The notes: a model not told the origin generated them from the letters alone. 35,139 nt of DNA from Octopus bimaculoides (GCF_001194135.2 NC_068988.1:67051832-67086970); one strand, 5' to 3'; counted from the first letter of the stretch, positions 1-14,194 are shown. Made by a program: numbers and translations.

Positions 1-356
1 TATATATATATATATATCTATATATACATATATATACAAACGCACAACACTCACCCACAGTTCACCACACCAACCACGCACATGGTACACACATCCACAA
101 TTCCGCCAACTATATACATATGTTCATATGATAATTGGATGGCCGTCGACTCTTAGGAATTCTTCCGCTCTTTTACAGGTCTTGTTTTTAGTCCTGCAGA
201 ATGTCCATAAACACCCTCCTCAACAAGTGGAATTGCTGGGGGAGTCGGTTTAGTCGCCGACGACCCGACCGTGCGACAGACAGCACTGGGTTACATTGTA
301 CCAGAAGGGTAAACGACCAGACATATGGTAGTCTGACATATGGTGGATAGCGTGTA

Positions 357-440
357 TACATACATACATTCATACATACATACATGCATAGATACATACA
401 TGCATACATACATACATATATACATACATACATACATACA

Positions 441-476
<36 letters not shown>

Positions 477-485
477 TATATATAT
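357..485. repeat. (TACA)n/(TA)n microsatellite; mirrored by (TA)n(TATG)n at 1359-1455 beyond the gap
   Basis: Direct reading. Confidence 0.95.
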
Positions 486-677
486 CGAATTTACAGAAGA
501 CAAAAAGCAAAATCCGAACAGAAGTGAGGGAACATCAACCATGTGTATTAGTCTGACGCTAGGGAAGATTGATATTTAGCTCTCAGTGTATGGAATACAT
601 TATTGTTGATCTTACCCTGACGGAACACTAAACTATACATTTATATACATATACATATATATATATATATATATATA

Positions 678-1358
678 NNNNNNNNNNNNNNNNNNNNNNN
701 NNNNNNNNNNNNNNNNNNNNNNNNNNNNNNNNNNNNNNNNNNNNNNNNNNNNNNNNNNNNNNNNNNNNNNNNNNNNNNNNNNNNNNNNNNNNNNNNNNNN
801 NNNNNNNNNNNNNNNNNNNNNNNNNNNNNNNNNNNNNNNNNNNNNNNNNNNNNNNNNNNNNNNNNNNNNNNNNNNNNNNNNNNNNNNNNNNNNNNNNNNN
901 NNNNNNNNNNNNNNNNNNNNNNNNNNNNNNNNNNNNNNNNNNNNNNNNNNNNNNNNNNNNNNNNNNNNNNNNNNNNNNNNNNNNNNNNNNNNNNNNNNNN
1001 NNNNNNNNNNNNNNNNNNNNNNNNNNNNNNNNNNNNNNNNNNNNNNNNNNNNNNNNNNNNNNNNNNNNNNNNNNNNNNNNNNNNNNNNNNNNNNNNNNNN
1101 NNNNNNNNNNNNNNNNNNNNNNNNNNNNNNNNNNNNNNNNNNNNNNNNNNNNNNNNNNNNNNNNNNNNNNNNNNNNNNNNNNNNNNNNNNNNNNNNNNNN
1201 NNNNNNNNNNNNNNNNNNNNNNNNNNNNNNNNNNNNNNNNNNNNNNNNNNNNNNNNNNNNNNNNNNNNNNNNNNNNNNNNNNNNNNNNNNNNNNNNNNNN
1301 NNNNNNNNNNNNNNNNNNNNNNNNNNNNNNNNNNNNNNNNNNNNNNNNNNNNNNNNNN
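678..1358. other. Assembly gap; other gaps at 8396-8574, 15678-16311, 20933-20942, 25862-26148 and 34403-34412
   Basis: Runs of N, most of them flanked by microsatellites. The next downstream exon of the gene could be hidden in this gap. Confidence 1.
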
Positions 1359-1389
<31 letters not shown>

Positions 1390-1521
1390 GTACGTATGCA
1401 TGTACGTATGTATGTATGTATGTATGTATGTATGTATGTATGTATGTATGTATGTGTGTATGTGTTTGAGTCTGCCCGTGTGTCTACATCAATATAGTTA
1501 TTCATAATCTAAAGCACTTAC

Positions 1522-1599
1522 CCTCTTAATGTCCATTTTCAGTTGTCTGTTTATTGTGATACTAGTTTTGTTTATTCTTTTCAAAGCCACAATTGATCC
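1522..1599 (-). CDS. Next internal exon of the same receptor guanylyl cyclase (kinase-homology subdomain II/III)
   Basis: Minus strand: acceptor ttttatgttattattgcag, 78 nt GSIVALKRINKTSITINRQLKMDIKR, donor gtaagt. Resembles NPR-A [26 protein letters not shown] and keeps the VAxK lysine. Confidence 0.93.
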
Positions 1600-2290
1600 C
1601 TGCAATAATAACATAAAAGTGATCAGCATTAATATAATATTCTACTTATTTTAACAAGAATATATAATATTGATAGATTTTTTTATAACACGAGATATTG
1701 AAAAAATTACACAATTGAACATGTTAAGCATTTGCCTTTACAGCAAGTAATTATAATGCATACAGGGAAATACTGTTGAATGATTTGTAGCACCACCTTG
1801 TTAGCGTAACTTTCCAGAATATTGCAGTATCGGTTATCAAACGTAGATTGATTTGATGGAATTTGAGCCCACCTACACAAGTGTGTCTCTCACTGCCTTG
1901 TTTCTCCATAACTTTCAGACAAATTGATAGTGTTTAATGAAAGTTTCTTTGTAAATCATTCAGATGGTGTAAATTACGATTATATTGGAATTTAAAGTAA
2001 AAAAAAAAAATTAAAAAAATGTAGACCTGCACACATACATACTGAAACACACTATATATATATATATCAAGAATCTCTTATCTTGAAATCGTATAGTTAC
2101 ACTGACATTTGTTCATATTTGGCTGATTGTCACTGATACTGAGGAAAGCCTGTATCCAGTCCTTTGACATTTTGAGAAGAGAAGCTAACTCAGTTTTAAA
2201 TATAAAACTCCACCGTCTTAAGAATAGTACGGAAACATTGGATAATGTAACATTAAATATAACGTTAATTTCAAATTTGGGCAGAAGCCA

Positions 2291-2404
2291 GCAATTTGGG
2301 TGTGGATATGGGGGGTTAAATCGATTATATCCACCTCAGTGTTCGACTGGTACTTATTTTATCAACCTCGAAAGGATGAAAGGCAAAATCGACCCCGGTG
2401 GAAT
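2291..2404 (-). mobile_element. Family A SINE fragment
   Basis: ctggtacttattttatcaacctcgaaaggatgaaaggcaaaatcgaccccggtggaat. Confidence 0.8.
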
Positions 2405-3891
2405 ATTCCTAGATATAACATTGGTGCCTGTTAATTGGGATGGTGAGCTTGGGTTAAACAAAAAAGTCGGTCATATCCTTCTGATTCTTAGAGGTTATAT
2501 AGTTATAGAACCCCTTTCCCAACAGTCCCTCTGTGTTCTTTCCAATTTTCCCGCTTTGTTCTCATGCTCACGCCGTCTGCAAACCTTCCTCCCTAAGATA
2601 TTATTCCTCTGTAATTCTCAAGATTCCGTTTCTTTGGATCGAACACAAATCACGAAGTTGTGAAATAATATTTTAGTCACAAAAACATGTATGCTCAAAA
2701 AAGTACACTTGATATTAATTACCATACTGACCATCAACCGTTAAACCGACTGGGGTCGTAAGTGTTATAACTAGTGAACATTGTCCTCACGCAAACAACA
2801 GCATTAACAACTTTTCCGAGTTGTAAGCTTTTCCAGCGAACATTATTCACAATAAATCGTCATGATTTATATTACAGACACACTAATTTTATTTCTGAAG
2901 CAGCTCATTCAATTCATTTGCAGTATATAGAAAACAGTGATTAACACAACTTCTATATGAGAACTCTAGGGTATTTTATTAATTTAACACAATTTAATAT
3001 TAAATTCATATAATACAGCAAGTAATAAAACACAATAATGTTGTAACACCTTTTTTTGTTTATTCATGTGAAACTCAACATTTGTAATCGGCAATAAAAT
3101 AATGGTCCTTGTATTGGAACGGAACGAAACATTCATAGACATTTCGTTTACAACCTCACTGAAAATGATCCTAAGAGTATAAGACTGGAGTTATTTAATT
3201 CTGTGAATAATTAGAAATTTGTTAGAGGAAATGAATAATCATTATAGAAAAATGAATTGTCTGATATTAAAACATTTTGAATTAAATTAAATTTCAGAGG
3301 GGAAAAAAAATCTTTATTGCTATTGCATTATTTTTTTCAGAATTTAGAAAGTTTTACCAGAGGCTATTGTTGCTCAAAAATAAAGTATAAGTAAATGGAT
3401 CTTCATCGGTTTCAAAGATGAGTTTTCCCAATCTTCTACCAATTGAAGTATCAACTCACTGAGTAAGCGTGTAAGTCACTTTATACGTTTAACATAATGC
3501 TCAGGTTAAATCAACTCGAAATATTGCGTAACAAGGCTGTAACAGTTATGATCCATTCGACAGGTTTACAACTTTTAGTCAGTCGGCTTGGGTCCACCCG
3601 AAGCTATAGAAAAGTGCACGGGATGCTTTGTAGTGAAGTCGAAACCTGGATATGACGATTGTGAATCGAAATTCTTAACCACTGGGCCAAAGCTATATCA
3701 ATCTTTCCTAACTGCGTTCTTTTTTTCCCTCTCGCCCTCACTCCGTCTCTATCATACAAAAACACATATACCTATAGACTTACACACAGACTCAAACACA
3801 CGTTTTTCATTTTGGATTGCAATTATTTGACAATCATACCACAAACTTCATACGCATTTGTGAAGTGTTCCTTTAATAAACCTCTTAGCTA

Positions 3892-4107
3892 AGGCGGCGA
3901 GCTGGGAGAAACGTTAGCACGCTAAATGCTTAGCGGTATTTCGTCTTTCTTCACGTTGTAAGTTCAAATTCCGCCGAAGTCGACTTTGCCTTTCATCCTT
4001 TCGGGGTTGATAAATTAAGTACCAGTAGCGTACTGGGGTCGATCTAATCGACTGCCCCCCCCACCCACTCTCCAAACATTTCAGGCCTTGTGACGAGTAA
4101 AAAAACG
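3892..4107 (+). mobile_element. Full-length tRNA-derived SINE (family A, OK-like) with 17-bp TSD
   Basis: Head aggcggcgagctgg...gttcaaattcc, body gactttgcctttcatcctttcggggttgataaattaagtaccag. TSD AATAAACCTCTTAGCTA at 3875-3891 and 4108-4124. Confidence 0.92.
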
Positions 4108-4464
4108 AATAAACCTCTTAGCTATCACTTGAAGGTCAGATATATTAATCAATTTCCATGCGAGTGCGCGTAGTACAGCTAATTTACAATCATTGTTTAC
4201 GAATCATTGTTTACGATTTATTATGTGGTAAAAATAATGGAATCAATGAATTTGGTTCTGGTGCCATACGGGTGGACCCTAGCAGAAAGATCATTTACTT
4301 TGTATTTAGTTAGTTAGTAAATTAAGACATCTCAGTCTCAGCACATATTTAGTTGGTGTAATCAGATTGGTGAGGGTCAAATTTGCTGTCTGACACTTTG
4401 TTAGATCTGGTTTTGACTTTACCCAAATGACCAAGAATAGAATGATATATAATCATAATTATGT

Positions 4465-5085
4465 CTACAAGGTCTACCGACCTGAAAGAAATAGCACCTC
4501 TACTTCTATATATAGTCTAATGAAATCAAACTATCCTCTAAAAATAAAAATATGATAATAAAATGTACACTTGATAATATGGTCAGAAGTCAAGAGAAGA
4601 TGACCATCACAACCGTAAGAGGTTTATTGCAAACCTATCAGGGGTTCACTTGAGGGGAAGCAACAACAGCAACAGAAACAGTTGCAAGTAACTCCTTAAC
4701 AACCAAAGCCAATGTACAAGATATTTTACTCCATCGTTACCAACATTGCTAATGATTGTACCTTGCTGTAATTAATATGACTGCTGTATAATGAACGAAA
4801 ACATCATTACGTCCAGATGCTTGGACCAAGTCTTATAATGAATCTAGATTCAGCATCAATAAATTACCTTATCGTGACCCTCTGCATTTGTTGTTTAGGT
4901 CTGGATCAGTTCTGATCAGAAGCGTTGGACATAAGAGATCTTCGTGGCGGCCCCATCCTAAGTTCAGACATAATATGTTACTTAAACCTGCCCCATCCCT
5001 ATGTAGTTTCATTTTAAGTTAGCATGGTGTAAATTGAGGGAGATTCGACTGCTATTTCTAATAGAGTGACAATATAGAAGTTCAT
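4465..5085. repeat. Two copies of a fourth interspersed repeat in tail-to-tail orientation (+ about 4465-4680, - about 4885-5085)
   Basis: gaaatagcacc... versus the reverse gagggagattcgactgctatttct; both end in CAA/TTG runs. Further fragments at about 2165-2255 and 19110-19200. Confidence 0.55.
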
Positions 5086-6886
5086 TTGTGGTATTATTCT
5101 TTTTCGTGTTCTTGTGATTAAAGGAAAATTACGATCACTATTAAGGGGAGTTTTGTTTCAGGATCAAACAGCTAACCTGTTATCATATAATAGCCATGTG
5201 TAGTATTGGTAGCAGTTTGTCAAGTAAATTTAATCTTTTCTATCATAAGAGATCATGTATCCTTTCTCTCTAAACCCTGTAGAGGTTTTTCAGTAATTGT
5301 AATCTCGGGAACACATTTGTATATTGATGTCACATCTTAGAGGCACACAACTAGAAGTAAACATTCTATGTTGCATATTATAGAGTCCAAAAATCCCATC
5401 AACAGTAACCTGACCCCAATTTAGATCCTATTTGTTTATGGTATCTTTACATTCTCATTTGCAAGAAAGTAATAATTTTCACAAATAGGTAGAAAATAGG
5501 AATGAAACTGGAAGTAGTTTTGTAGATGATTTTTTTCTTCCACATACAAATTTCATTCCAAACAAAATATCAGCAATAGTTGGTCTACACGAAATTGACT
5601 GTAATTTCTGGCTGAGAGGAACAAGAACGAAGAGTGTATCATGAATAAATGAAAGTGATTGGAATTATGAATCTAATTTCTATCTAACGTCAAAATGTTA
5701 GGAAAAATATACGTTTGTTGTTGATCGATGGAATATACGTTTATTATTGATGTAAAAGCTTTGAACGATCGATGATGACAGATAGAAAATAGAGTGCATA
5801 TATTTGTTTAAACATCTTCACACTAAAGAGTAAAAAGTATATGAAGCATCAGGTGGTTGCAATTACGATAGGATCAACGATAATACATGTCCTCATTCAA
5901 TGTGATAAATAGATCGTTGACCGACGATATGGTTCATAAAATATTCACAATGGAATTGGAGATTCGAAGGCCAATAAATCGATGAGGTATATTGATATAT
6001 TAGTGAAGAAATGAGCGGCTGAATGAAAGTTGGCATTGATGAATGAGCGAATGATTATGGAAGATAACGAAAAGACAGAGAATCAATTCGAAATATGTAA
6101 ATATATTTATTTCCCTCTGAAGAAATATCCACCGATGGTCAGAATATAAGAGGGAATATAATATCGGCAATTATCCGACGCCAAATACCACTTTTTATGG
6201 TAACAGAAAATACATTCCACAGAAACTAGTTTTAGTTGATGACGATTAAGCGTAAGATTGGACAAAAAGACCTCGTTAAAAACTGAGCAATCATCACAAT
6301 GTATTAATTATATAATTTTATGCGCTTAATTTATAAAACGAAATGTAATCCTCGTTCATTATTGGTTTCGTAAACAGAAGTTGTTATGTTCATGGTCTTT
6401 CATAGGCCCACAGAGAATAGTGTGATGCATCCAACGTAGAGTAAATAGGAGTTGGAATATCACTATTTCCACCCTATTTATAGAGTATCATAGAAATGAA
6501 ACGGTTATCGTCTTCCAGCTGATATCAGATATGGTTCTAGACATTTCTGAAATGAAACTAATAGAGTGAATATAATTATTTAGCTGCGTGGCGGCTCATG
6601 AAATTTATCGATATAGTTATCTAGATAGATGCTTGGCGAAATTGGAATATAGACGAAATGTCTGACAGTTAGCGAGATAAAGAGGATGAAATGTAAAAAA
6701 AAAGGGGGAAAATGAGTGAATATAAATCCACTGAATTTTAATATACTGACTTCGAAATATTGGAAACTGAACTGATTGATAGATTTTATTTGATAAACAT
6801 ACTGAATATCAAGTTAAGTAAATAGTTGGCCTACAACATTGCTATGCGCAGCTCTATCTAGTTATCTATCGATTCTCTGCCCTACC

Positions 6887-6924
<38 letters not shown>

Positions 6925-6927
<3 letters not shown>

Positions 6928-7135
6928 TTTCTTGGTTCAATCACTGGACCACGATCATACTGGACCACCGTCTTGAAGTATTTTACTCGAAGGAATCGAC
7001 TCTAGTACTTATCATTTTTTTAAAGCCTGATACTTATTTTAGCGGGCGCTTTTGCCGAACCTCTGTTTTACGGGGACGTAAACGAATCATCAACATAGGT
7101 TGTCAAGCGGTGGTGGAGGACAAACTCAAACATAC
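6925..7135 (-). mobile_element. Family B SINE, 3' half
   Basis: ttttgccgaacc...acggggacgtaaac...ggttgtcaagcggtggtggaggacaaac matches 28310-28385. Confidence 0.8.
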
Positions 7136-8868
7136 ATTACTTATCCCTTCCCATTAGGGGTGGGTGTGCGAGTAAGAAAATCTAAGAAAGGCTCAAAGGA
7201 GAAGTTCAACTCAGTGGAATTTGAACTCAGGACTTCAAGAGCAAATGCAGATAAGCAATAATTTGATGCGCTAACAGTTCTGCATACTCACTGTTTCCTG
7301 TCGTGTCTAATAATGAAGCTACTTAGGAGTTTTCAGCGTATAAGTTTAGCGATTTAGTTTCGATTCCAAGTTTAATAACTTCAATATAGAGTAAAGTTAG
7401 CATAAAATCAATCGTATGAAAACACTGTAAATGGTTTCTGCTGTTACAAGGCTACTGCTGTGTTGTAAATACTGAAATTTAATTAAAATCAGTTAAATTT
7501 TGTGATAATACAGGGCTACTATATTCCTCTTTGATAGTACATTCAGAATGTTATCCAGAATTAATCAGCTTTTCTTTTTTAGATAATCACCAATGTGTTC
7601 AATATTATAGAATTTATCCTAATCTAAAGTAATCCAGTATAGTACCTGAAGTATGAAATGACTTCCAGAGAACAAAGCTTTTCTGAAAATCTGATTTCTG
7701 TTAACTAAAATTTCTTATTATTAAAATTTTGCTATATTCGTGCTTTCAATGAAAATCCTAGTTTTGACCTATTGGTGATCAGCAGGCATCTTCATGTTCG
7801 ATTGATTAATTTCATCAAGTGCGCTTCGATTTGTGGCAAGCGGAATGGACAGTACATTTAAATCGACGCGCATTGATTTTTGAGTATTTCATCGATCAAA
7901 ACTGGAAGGATTAAAGTTAATGTTGGTATCATTTGAACTTAGGATGCAATGGGTCTTAATTAAAAACTGCAAGGCATTTTCTCTAAAGTTCTCATGATTC
8001 TTCCATCTTACAACTCTATATACTTACTGTACTTTGTAAATTTGCATCGGAGATGTTGATCTATAGCGTCTTTGGCTACAGCTTTTGGCAGCACATGTCA
8101 TGACTGCATCCTCAAAACTCTCAGGTCTCCTAAAGAATGTTGTCGTTTTGCTGATATTTAGATCCTTCCGAAATATACTGACATACATTGGAGACATGTT
8201 ATATATATATATGTATATATATAAGATAACAAATCGTATGGTTTATACTTGGTACCTTACCGGTAAAGCGAGTTCAGTTTCATAGTATTTGTACTGCATT
8301 TGTGAGGGATCGATGCCAGATAGGTCGAAACAATTTAGTGATTAATAAAACTTCTTGTATCTTCCATCTTCCATCTCTCTCATTAGCCATATATANNNNN
8401 NNNNNNNNNNNNNNNNNNNNNNNNNNNNNNNNNNNNNNNNNNNNNNNNNNNNNNNNNNNNNNNNNNNNNNNNNNNNNNNNNNNNNNNNNNNNNNNNNNNN
8501 NNNNNNNNNNNNNNNNNNNNNNNNNNNNNNNNNNNNNNNNNNNNNNNNNNNNNNNNNNNNNNNNNNNNNNNNNNATATATATATATATATATATACACAC
8601 ATACCACTGTGTGTGTATGGGTGTGTGTACATGTGCGTGTGTATCGCGATGGATTTTTCACAGTTGCCTCCTGCCAAATACGACATGCAAGTTATTTTGT
8701 CAATCTAAATTTACGGTATCTAATCATACAGTGGAACTGAGTCCAAAACCAAGCGGTTGGGAAGTGAACTTTTAATCACACTGTCATTAATTTTTTTCGT
8801 ATTTTAAAGGGAGGGAAGTGTCATCATAGGGCCTCAGAGACTATTGCGGGAGAGAGAGAGCGGGGTAG

Positions 8869-9023
<155 letters not shown>

Positions 9024-9250
9024 CCTCAAACTGGTGATTTGATTCAAATGATTTTAATAGAGTGTGTTCCACTAAAAGAACCAAAGAAGCAAGAAGGTAG
9101 TGTTAATCTGGATGGTGGATTACATATTTCAGTCAAGAATTCCACTACGGAATTTGAACAATATTCCCATGGAATTCGATCCGAGATTCTTACATTTATA
9201 CTTATACATCGACTTGCATTGGTGCTTATTACATCAGACTCGGATAGATG

Positions 9251-9382
9251 AAAGACGAATTTGGTCTCAGCGGTACTTGAAGTCAGAATACTATGTATCG
9301 GAGCAGATACGATGAAGCATTCCATCTGCTCCGATATAGTAGTACTCTGACTTCAAGAACTGCTGAGACCAATTTTGTCTTT
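9251..9382. repeat. Inverted repeat: 58/59-nt arms, 15-nt loop
   Basis: 9251-9308 is near-complementary to 9324-9382, including a 13-bp perfect stem next to the loop. Confidence 0.9.
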
Positions 9383-11437
9383 TTGATGCATTCTTTACTA
9401 CGATGCTCTAAGGACTGTTGTTTCGAAGTTTGTTTTACAAAAGTAGACTTGTGCCTTGTTAGAAATCAAGAATTTGTAATATAAAAGGCAGCTGATTAGC
9501 ACATCGGGAAACTACTAAGAGACATTTATTTGAGTTCTTTACATTCTGAATGTAAAGAGTTCTTTACATTCCGTCGAAATCAGCTTTAGAGGGGGATAAA
9601 ATAAATAATCGACTTGACCCTCTCCTCAAATGTGCTGGTTTTGTTCCAAAATTAGAAAGAAATGGTCAGTATACTATGGAGAAAAATAATTGGTGTTATT
9701 CGTTTTTCCATCTCAATTATTTTATTGATAATTTCTGATATTTCTCAGTTCACATATTGCGAATATTGGTAGGTTTATTATTCATAGCCTCCTCCATCAA
9801 TATTATCAATTATATTAGCTCAACTAATTGCTTGCAAAATAATTCAGAAAGGACTAATGTATAAGATAGGAATTTGATAGCAGTTTGTATGAAATAGTTA
9901 TTTGTTTAGCCAATCAAATGCAGACTGCATCATGCTAATTCTAACGCTTGACTCGAAGTTAATCACTTTGCTACATTGTTTATGCTACAGTTAAATCTTT
10001 GATATTCTTCATATTCTTCGTCAATGACTACTTATTTTCACCCTGCAGTTGCATTAACTCTCACAACGTTAATGCTACCATATGACGCTGGTATCGCTCT
10101 TTCTTCACTGTACCATCACTCTACCACTATATAGATATCCCAGTCAAGCATTCATATAATATCCCAGTTACCTAGCAAATAAAAATCTCCTTCAACACCA
10201 GAAAAAAAAACTCATACAATAATACATAATACACGCAAACACATGCACACGCATATACAACACACGTTCATGCAAACACTTACACGTACACAAACATACA
10301 TAGTAGAACTTTAGTGCTTTGGAAAGTATTCTCATGTTATCACAATCTTTCCAAATTTTAGTTGTAATTCTATTGGAGAGCCTCTCAGTGGAACACTTAA
10401 ATATATCTTTCTCTGATTTAGCATAACTACTTTATCATATTTCCCTCATACCTATTATACTTAGGCGAAGAAAAAATTACGTTTAATTAATGTTCACGCA
10501 AACTAATTTTCCAACTCATGAAGCTAAAAAAAAAAATGTATACTTTGAAGAAGTATATTTAGAATATTTCTAAACTGTTAGAAAAACATTCTCATTAATC
10601 TGTAATTGTCATCCAGTAAAATTGTTGCTCAAATTTAAACGAATACTTCTCGGTTTCATTTGATATTCTCTCAAGGGAAGTACGATGAAATCAAAATGAT
10701 TATGTTTGAATGTAAGAGGCGTCATAGTGATGATATTGTTTTTTTATCTTGGAGATTTTTGCTAGATAAATTTTCGAGTTAATAAAATCTGTCATGATAA
10801 TTAGAGACTAAAATAATAGCTTACATAAAAAATTGTCTAAAATCGCAAATAACTTTTTAAGATACTAAATGAAAATGAAACAGATGTCTCTAGATGTTTA
10901 GTCTAAGAATTCCGAACACTTTAATTATGCTGTTCAACTTTGATCTGATACGTTTTGCTGTCTACTTTGAACCAATTCAACTACTTTACACATATGTTGT
11001 TTGAACCAAAATTTTGAGATAATTTTACTTGCACTGCAAGCATAAAAAGAAATTTAATTTATATAATTTGCTGACTTTATGGAAAATTATTCGCAATTAA
11101 TATATTTATTTTTAGTGATATCAATATTTACCAATTGCTGAAACCTGTTGAAATTAGTCAGAGTGATTTAGCTCGTCACCTCACAGCACCTCACAAGAGT
11201 TTGTCCCTCAACAATGCACAGCGCATACGCAGCAGTTTTTACTTGCTCTACATATCCCAAAATTTTGAATTGACCCAGTGTTCAAGGCTTCTATTTCTTT
11301 TACATAATGTGAGTGACAACGCCAAGACGTCATAGACGCTATGTACTAATCGATGTAGTTAGCCGTAACCTGGAACATAACTGAGAGCTACTACGGTGTC
11401 CGTGGTAATATTCCTCTAAATACACACACACAAACGC

Positions 11438-11499
<62 letters not shown>

Positions 11500-11609
11500 G
11501 TATACATAGGGAGAAAGAGAGAGAGACATACATACAGACAGGTGGACAGACACAGGGAAATAGAGGTAGATAGCTAGCTACTTAGTTAGTTGGTTAGATA
11601 TATAGATAA

Positions 11610-11640
<31 letters not shown>

Positions 11641-11764
11641 CATACATACATACATACATACATACATACATACATACATAACTAGATAGACAGGTAGATG
11701 TGTCTCTAGACTGCTGAAAATGAAACATTGCTATGAGCATGCAGCCTCACACTGAGTGAAATGA

Positions 11765-11865
11765 CATAAAAGCATCACAGCAAACCACAGCACATACCCA
11801 AGGCACACAGAGCTGCGCTCGTTAGTGAAGTGAAAGCACGTTATAAAAATAAAACTACTGAACAA
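11765..11865 (+). mobile_element. Probable 3'-UTR-only fragment of an R4/Dong-like LINE ending in (AAT)n
   Basis: agcatcacagcaaaccacagcacatacccaaggcacacagagctgcgctc...aaaataaaactactgaa(caa)(taa)n. The family call rests on my recollection of an octopus repeat and cannot be verified from this window. Confidence 0.5.
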
Positions 11866-11878
11866 TAATAATAATAAT

Positions 11879-12091
11879 CCTTTCTACTGGAAGCACAAGG
11901 CCTCAAATTGGGAGGAAGGGATAAAGTCGATTACATCGATCCCAGTGTTTCACTGATACTTATTTAATTGACCCCGAAAGGATGAAAGGCAAAGTCGACC
12001 TCGGCGGAATTTGAACTCAGAACGTAGCATCAAACGAAATACCACTATGCATTTTGCCCGGCGTGTTAGCAATATACCAGCTCGCTGCCTT
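11879..12091 (-). mobile_element. Full-length family A SINE with (AAT)n on both sides
   Basis: Reverse complement of the 3892-4107 element; 3' end reads gtagaaagg(att)n on its sense strand. Confidence 0.9.
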
Positions 12092-12203
<112 letters not shown>

Positions 12204-13319
12204 CTTTTAAATATCATTACGGTGATTTAATACAAAGTTACAGTAATCGTTGATAACGATATTCGTGGGGCATAAGCGGTAGGTATGCGAACCTTACTTT
12301 CGCTCTTCATCCACTGTCTTGGGGAGATCCAGTTGGCATTTCTATTGGTATTGCTTTCTCTAAGTACATAATACTAACCCAGGTATCTGGCAGAACTACC
12401 CTTAACTGATTATTTGAGGTTACTGAGAAAACCCCACTATATTACTGAAATAATGCTACGTTAGCTTTCTCACTGCTTTCTTCTGAATATATTTTTCAGA
12501 CGTATGAACTCAAATTTTGCTACTGGTCTGGCTCCGACTATGTTCTCACATCCAAAGAATTGATGTGAGAAGCGAACGCAGTGACTCGAACAAAACCAAA
12601 TCCATATTTGCCCAACTAATTTGGTGACTTTGTATCTGTGTATGATTTCCAACCATATTCTTATGGCTATTATCTAGAAAAATTGAAGAATCACTTAATA
12701 GATTATTTTCTTTCCTGAATACACAGTTTTCTTTCACAAATTCACTAAGAATCATGTAGTATTTCAAGATATGCATGTTGATACTTTCAGTTTCACATTT
12801 GAGTTATATTTGCTCTGACCTATGTTATTTTACTTATTCCACACCATAAGGAATGTAATTGATCCAAAAATTAGGCTAAATTCTTTCGAATGAAAGTAAC
12901 ATAATGATTTCTTCTCACATGAAAACAATAAAACCTATCCGGCTTGTAAAACTAAGCTATACTACAGGAAACGTTGAAAAATATATATAAATCCAATTTC
13001 TATTAAAATAGAAACTGTTAGACATCCAACATAACAAAAGCTATGGGTGTGAATATCGATATGACGTCAAATCAAACAATAAAAAAAAATTAGTATGAAT
13101 AAAAGAGAAATATCCGACAGAACTCCTTTATATCATTAATTATATAATACTGCGTCTTCTTGTATACTGGCTTAAACATGTAAAATATTATTCAATTTCT
13201 TAGAATCTTCGAAAAGAACGACAATTCGTAAGTTAAGTACTGCGAACAAAATTATGTTCGGTTCGGAGAAATAAGATGAAATAATAATAATAATAATATG
13301 CACAGTTTCATATTTGCGA

Positions 13320-13676
13320 CATCAGTGTCGACGCCGAAAGGATAAAAGGTAAAGTCGACCATGGTGGAATTTAAACTCAGAGCGTAAAACCGGACGAAAT
13401 GCAACCAAGCATTTTGTTCGGTGTGCTATGCTACCAGTTCGCTGCTTTCATATTAATAATAATACTCTTTCTACCATAGGTGGAGGGCCAGAATTTTGTT
13501 GGTATTATGTAGTAAGTCGACTGCAATGACCCCTTATTGGCACTTAATTTATCGACCCCAAAAGAATGAAAGGCAAAGTCGACCTCAGCGGAATTTGAAC
13601 TCGGAGCATACTACGGACGAAATACCGCTAAGCATTTCACCCAGCGTGCTAACGATTCTGCCAGATCACCGCTTTA

Positions 13677-13765
<89 letters not shown>

Positions 13766-14046
13766 TATAATCCTTTCTTTATTGGCTGCAAGGACCGAAC
13801 ACAAAAACAATTTTACCCAGTCACCTTCCGACAATAAAACATACATAGTAATAATCTTTTCTGTCATAAGTATAAGGCCTGGAATTTTGGGAGAAGGGGT
13901 TAGTCGATCACATTTACTCCAATGTTCAAGTGATACAAATTCTTTCGACCCCGAAAAGGGGAGAAGCAAAGTCAACAACGGTGGAATTTGATGACGATAA
14001 GCACTTTTGTTCGGCGTGGTAAAAATTTTGCTGGTTTGCTACCCTT
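13320..14046 (-). mobile_element. Three head-to-tail family A SINE copies (about 13320-13450, 13455-13676, 13850-14046) separated by AAT/TAT tracts
   Basis: Each copy carries a variant of the gaaaggatgaaaggcaaagtcgacc...ggaatttgaactc core in reverse orientation. Confidence 0.85.
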
Positions 14047-14194
14047 ACAATAAATGTAACAATAACAACAACAACAACAACAACAACAACAATATCACTA
14101 ATTACGGAATGACTACCTATGTAACACAACCCACAATGCATATCACCCGTTAAAAAAGATAAAGAGAGAAAAAAACACATGACAACTTCCACAA

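Noticed and set aside
130-345. GC-richer unique segment; minus frames give LLRRVFMDILQD and FLRVDGHPIII
   Set aside because: It does not match the expected next rGC exon (about 'DLQNxHIVRFIGAC'). It has a faint resemblance to the ORF1 pre-knuckle region, too weak to call.
3340-3392. + strand acceptor followed by EFRKFYQRLLLLKNKV*, resembling GPCR helix 8
   Set aside because: Only 16 aa, no upstream GPCR exons found, and such matches arise by chance in AT-rich DNA.
8255-8295. Minus-strand mini-exon YKYYETELALP with a gtaagg donor
   Set aside because: Weak acceptor, and it lies between exons whose YYK|G junction is already contiguous.
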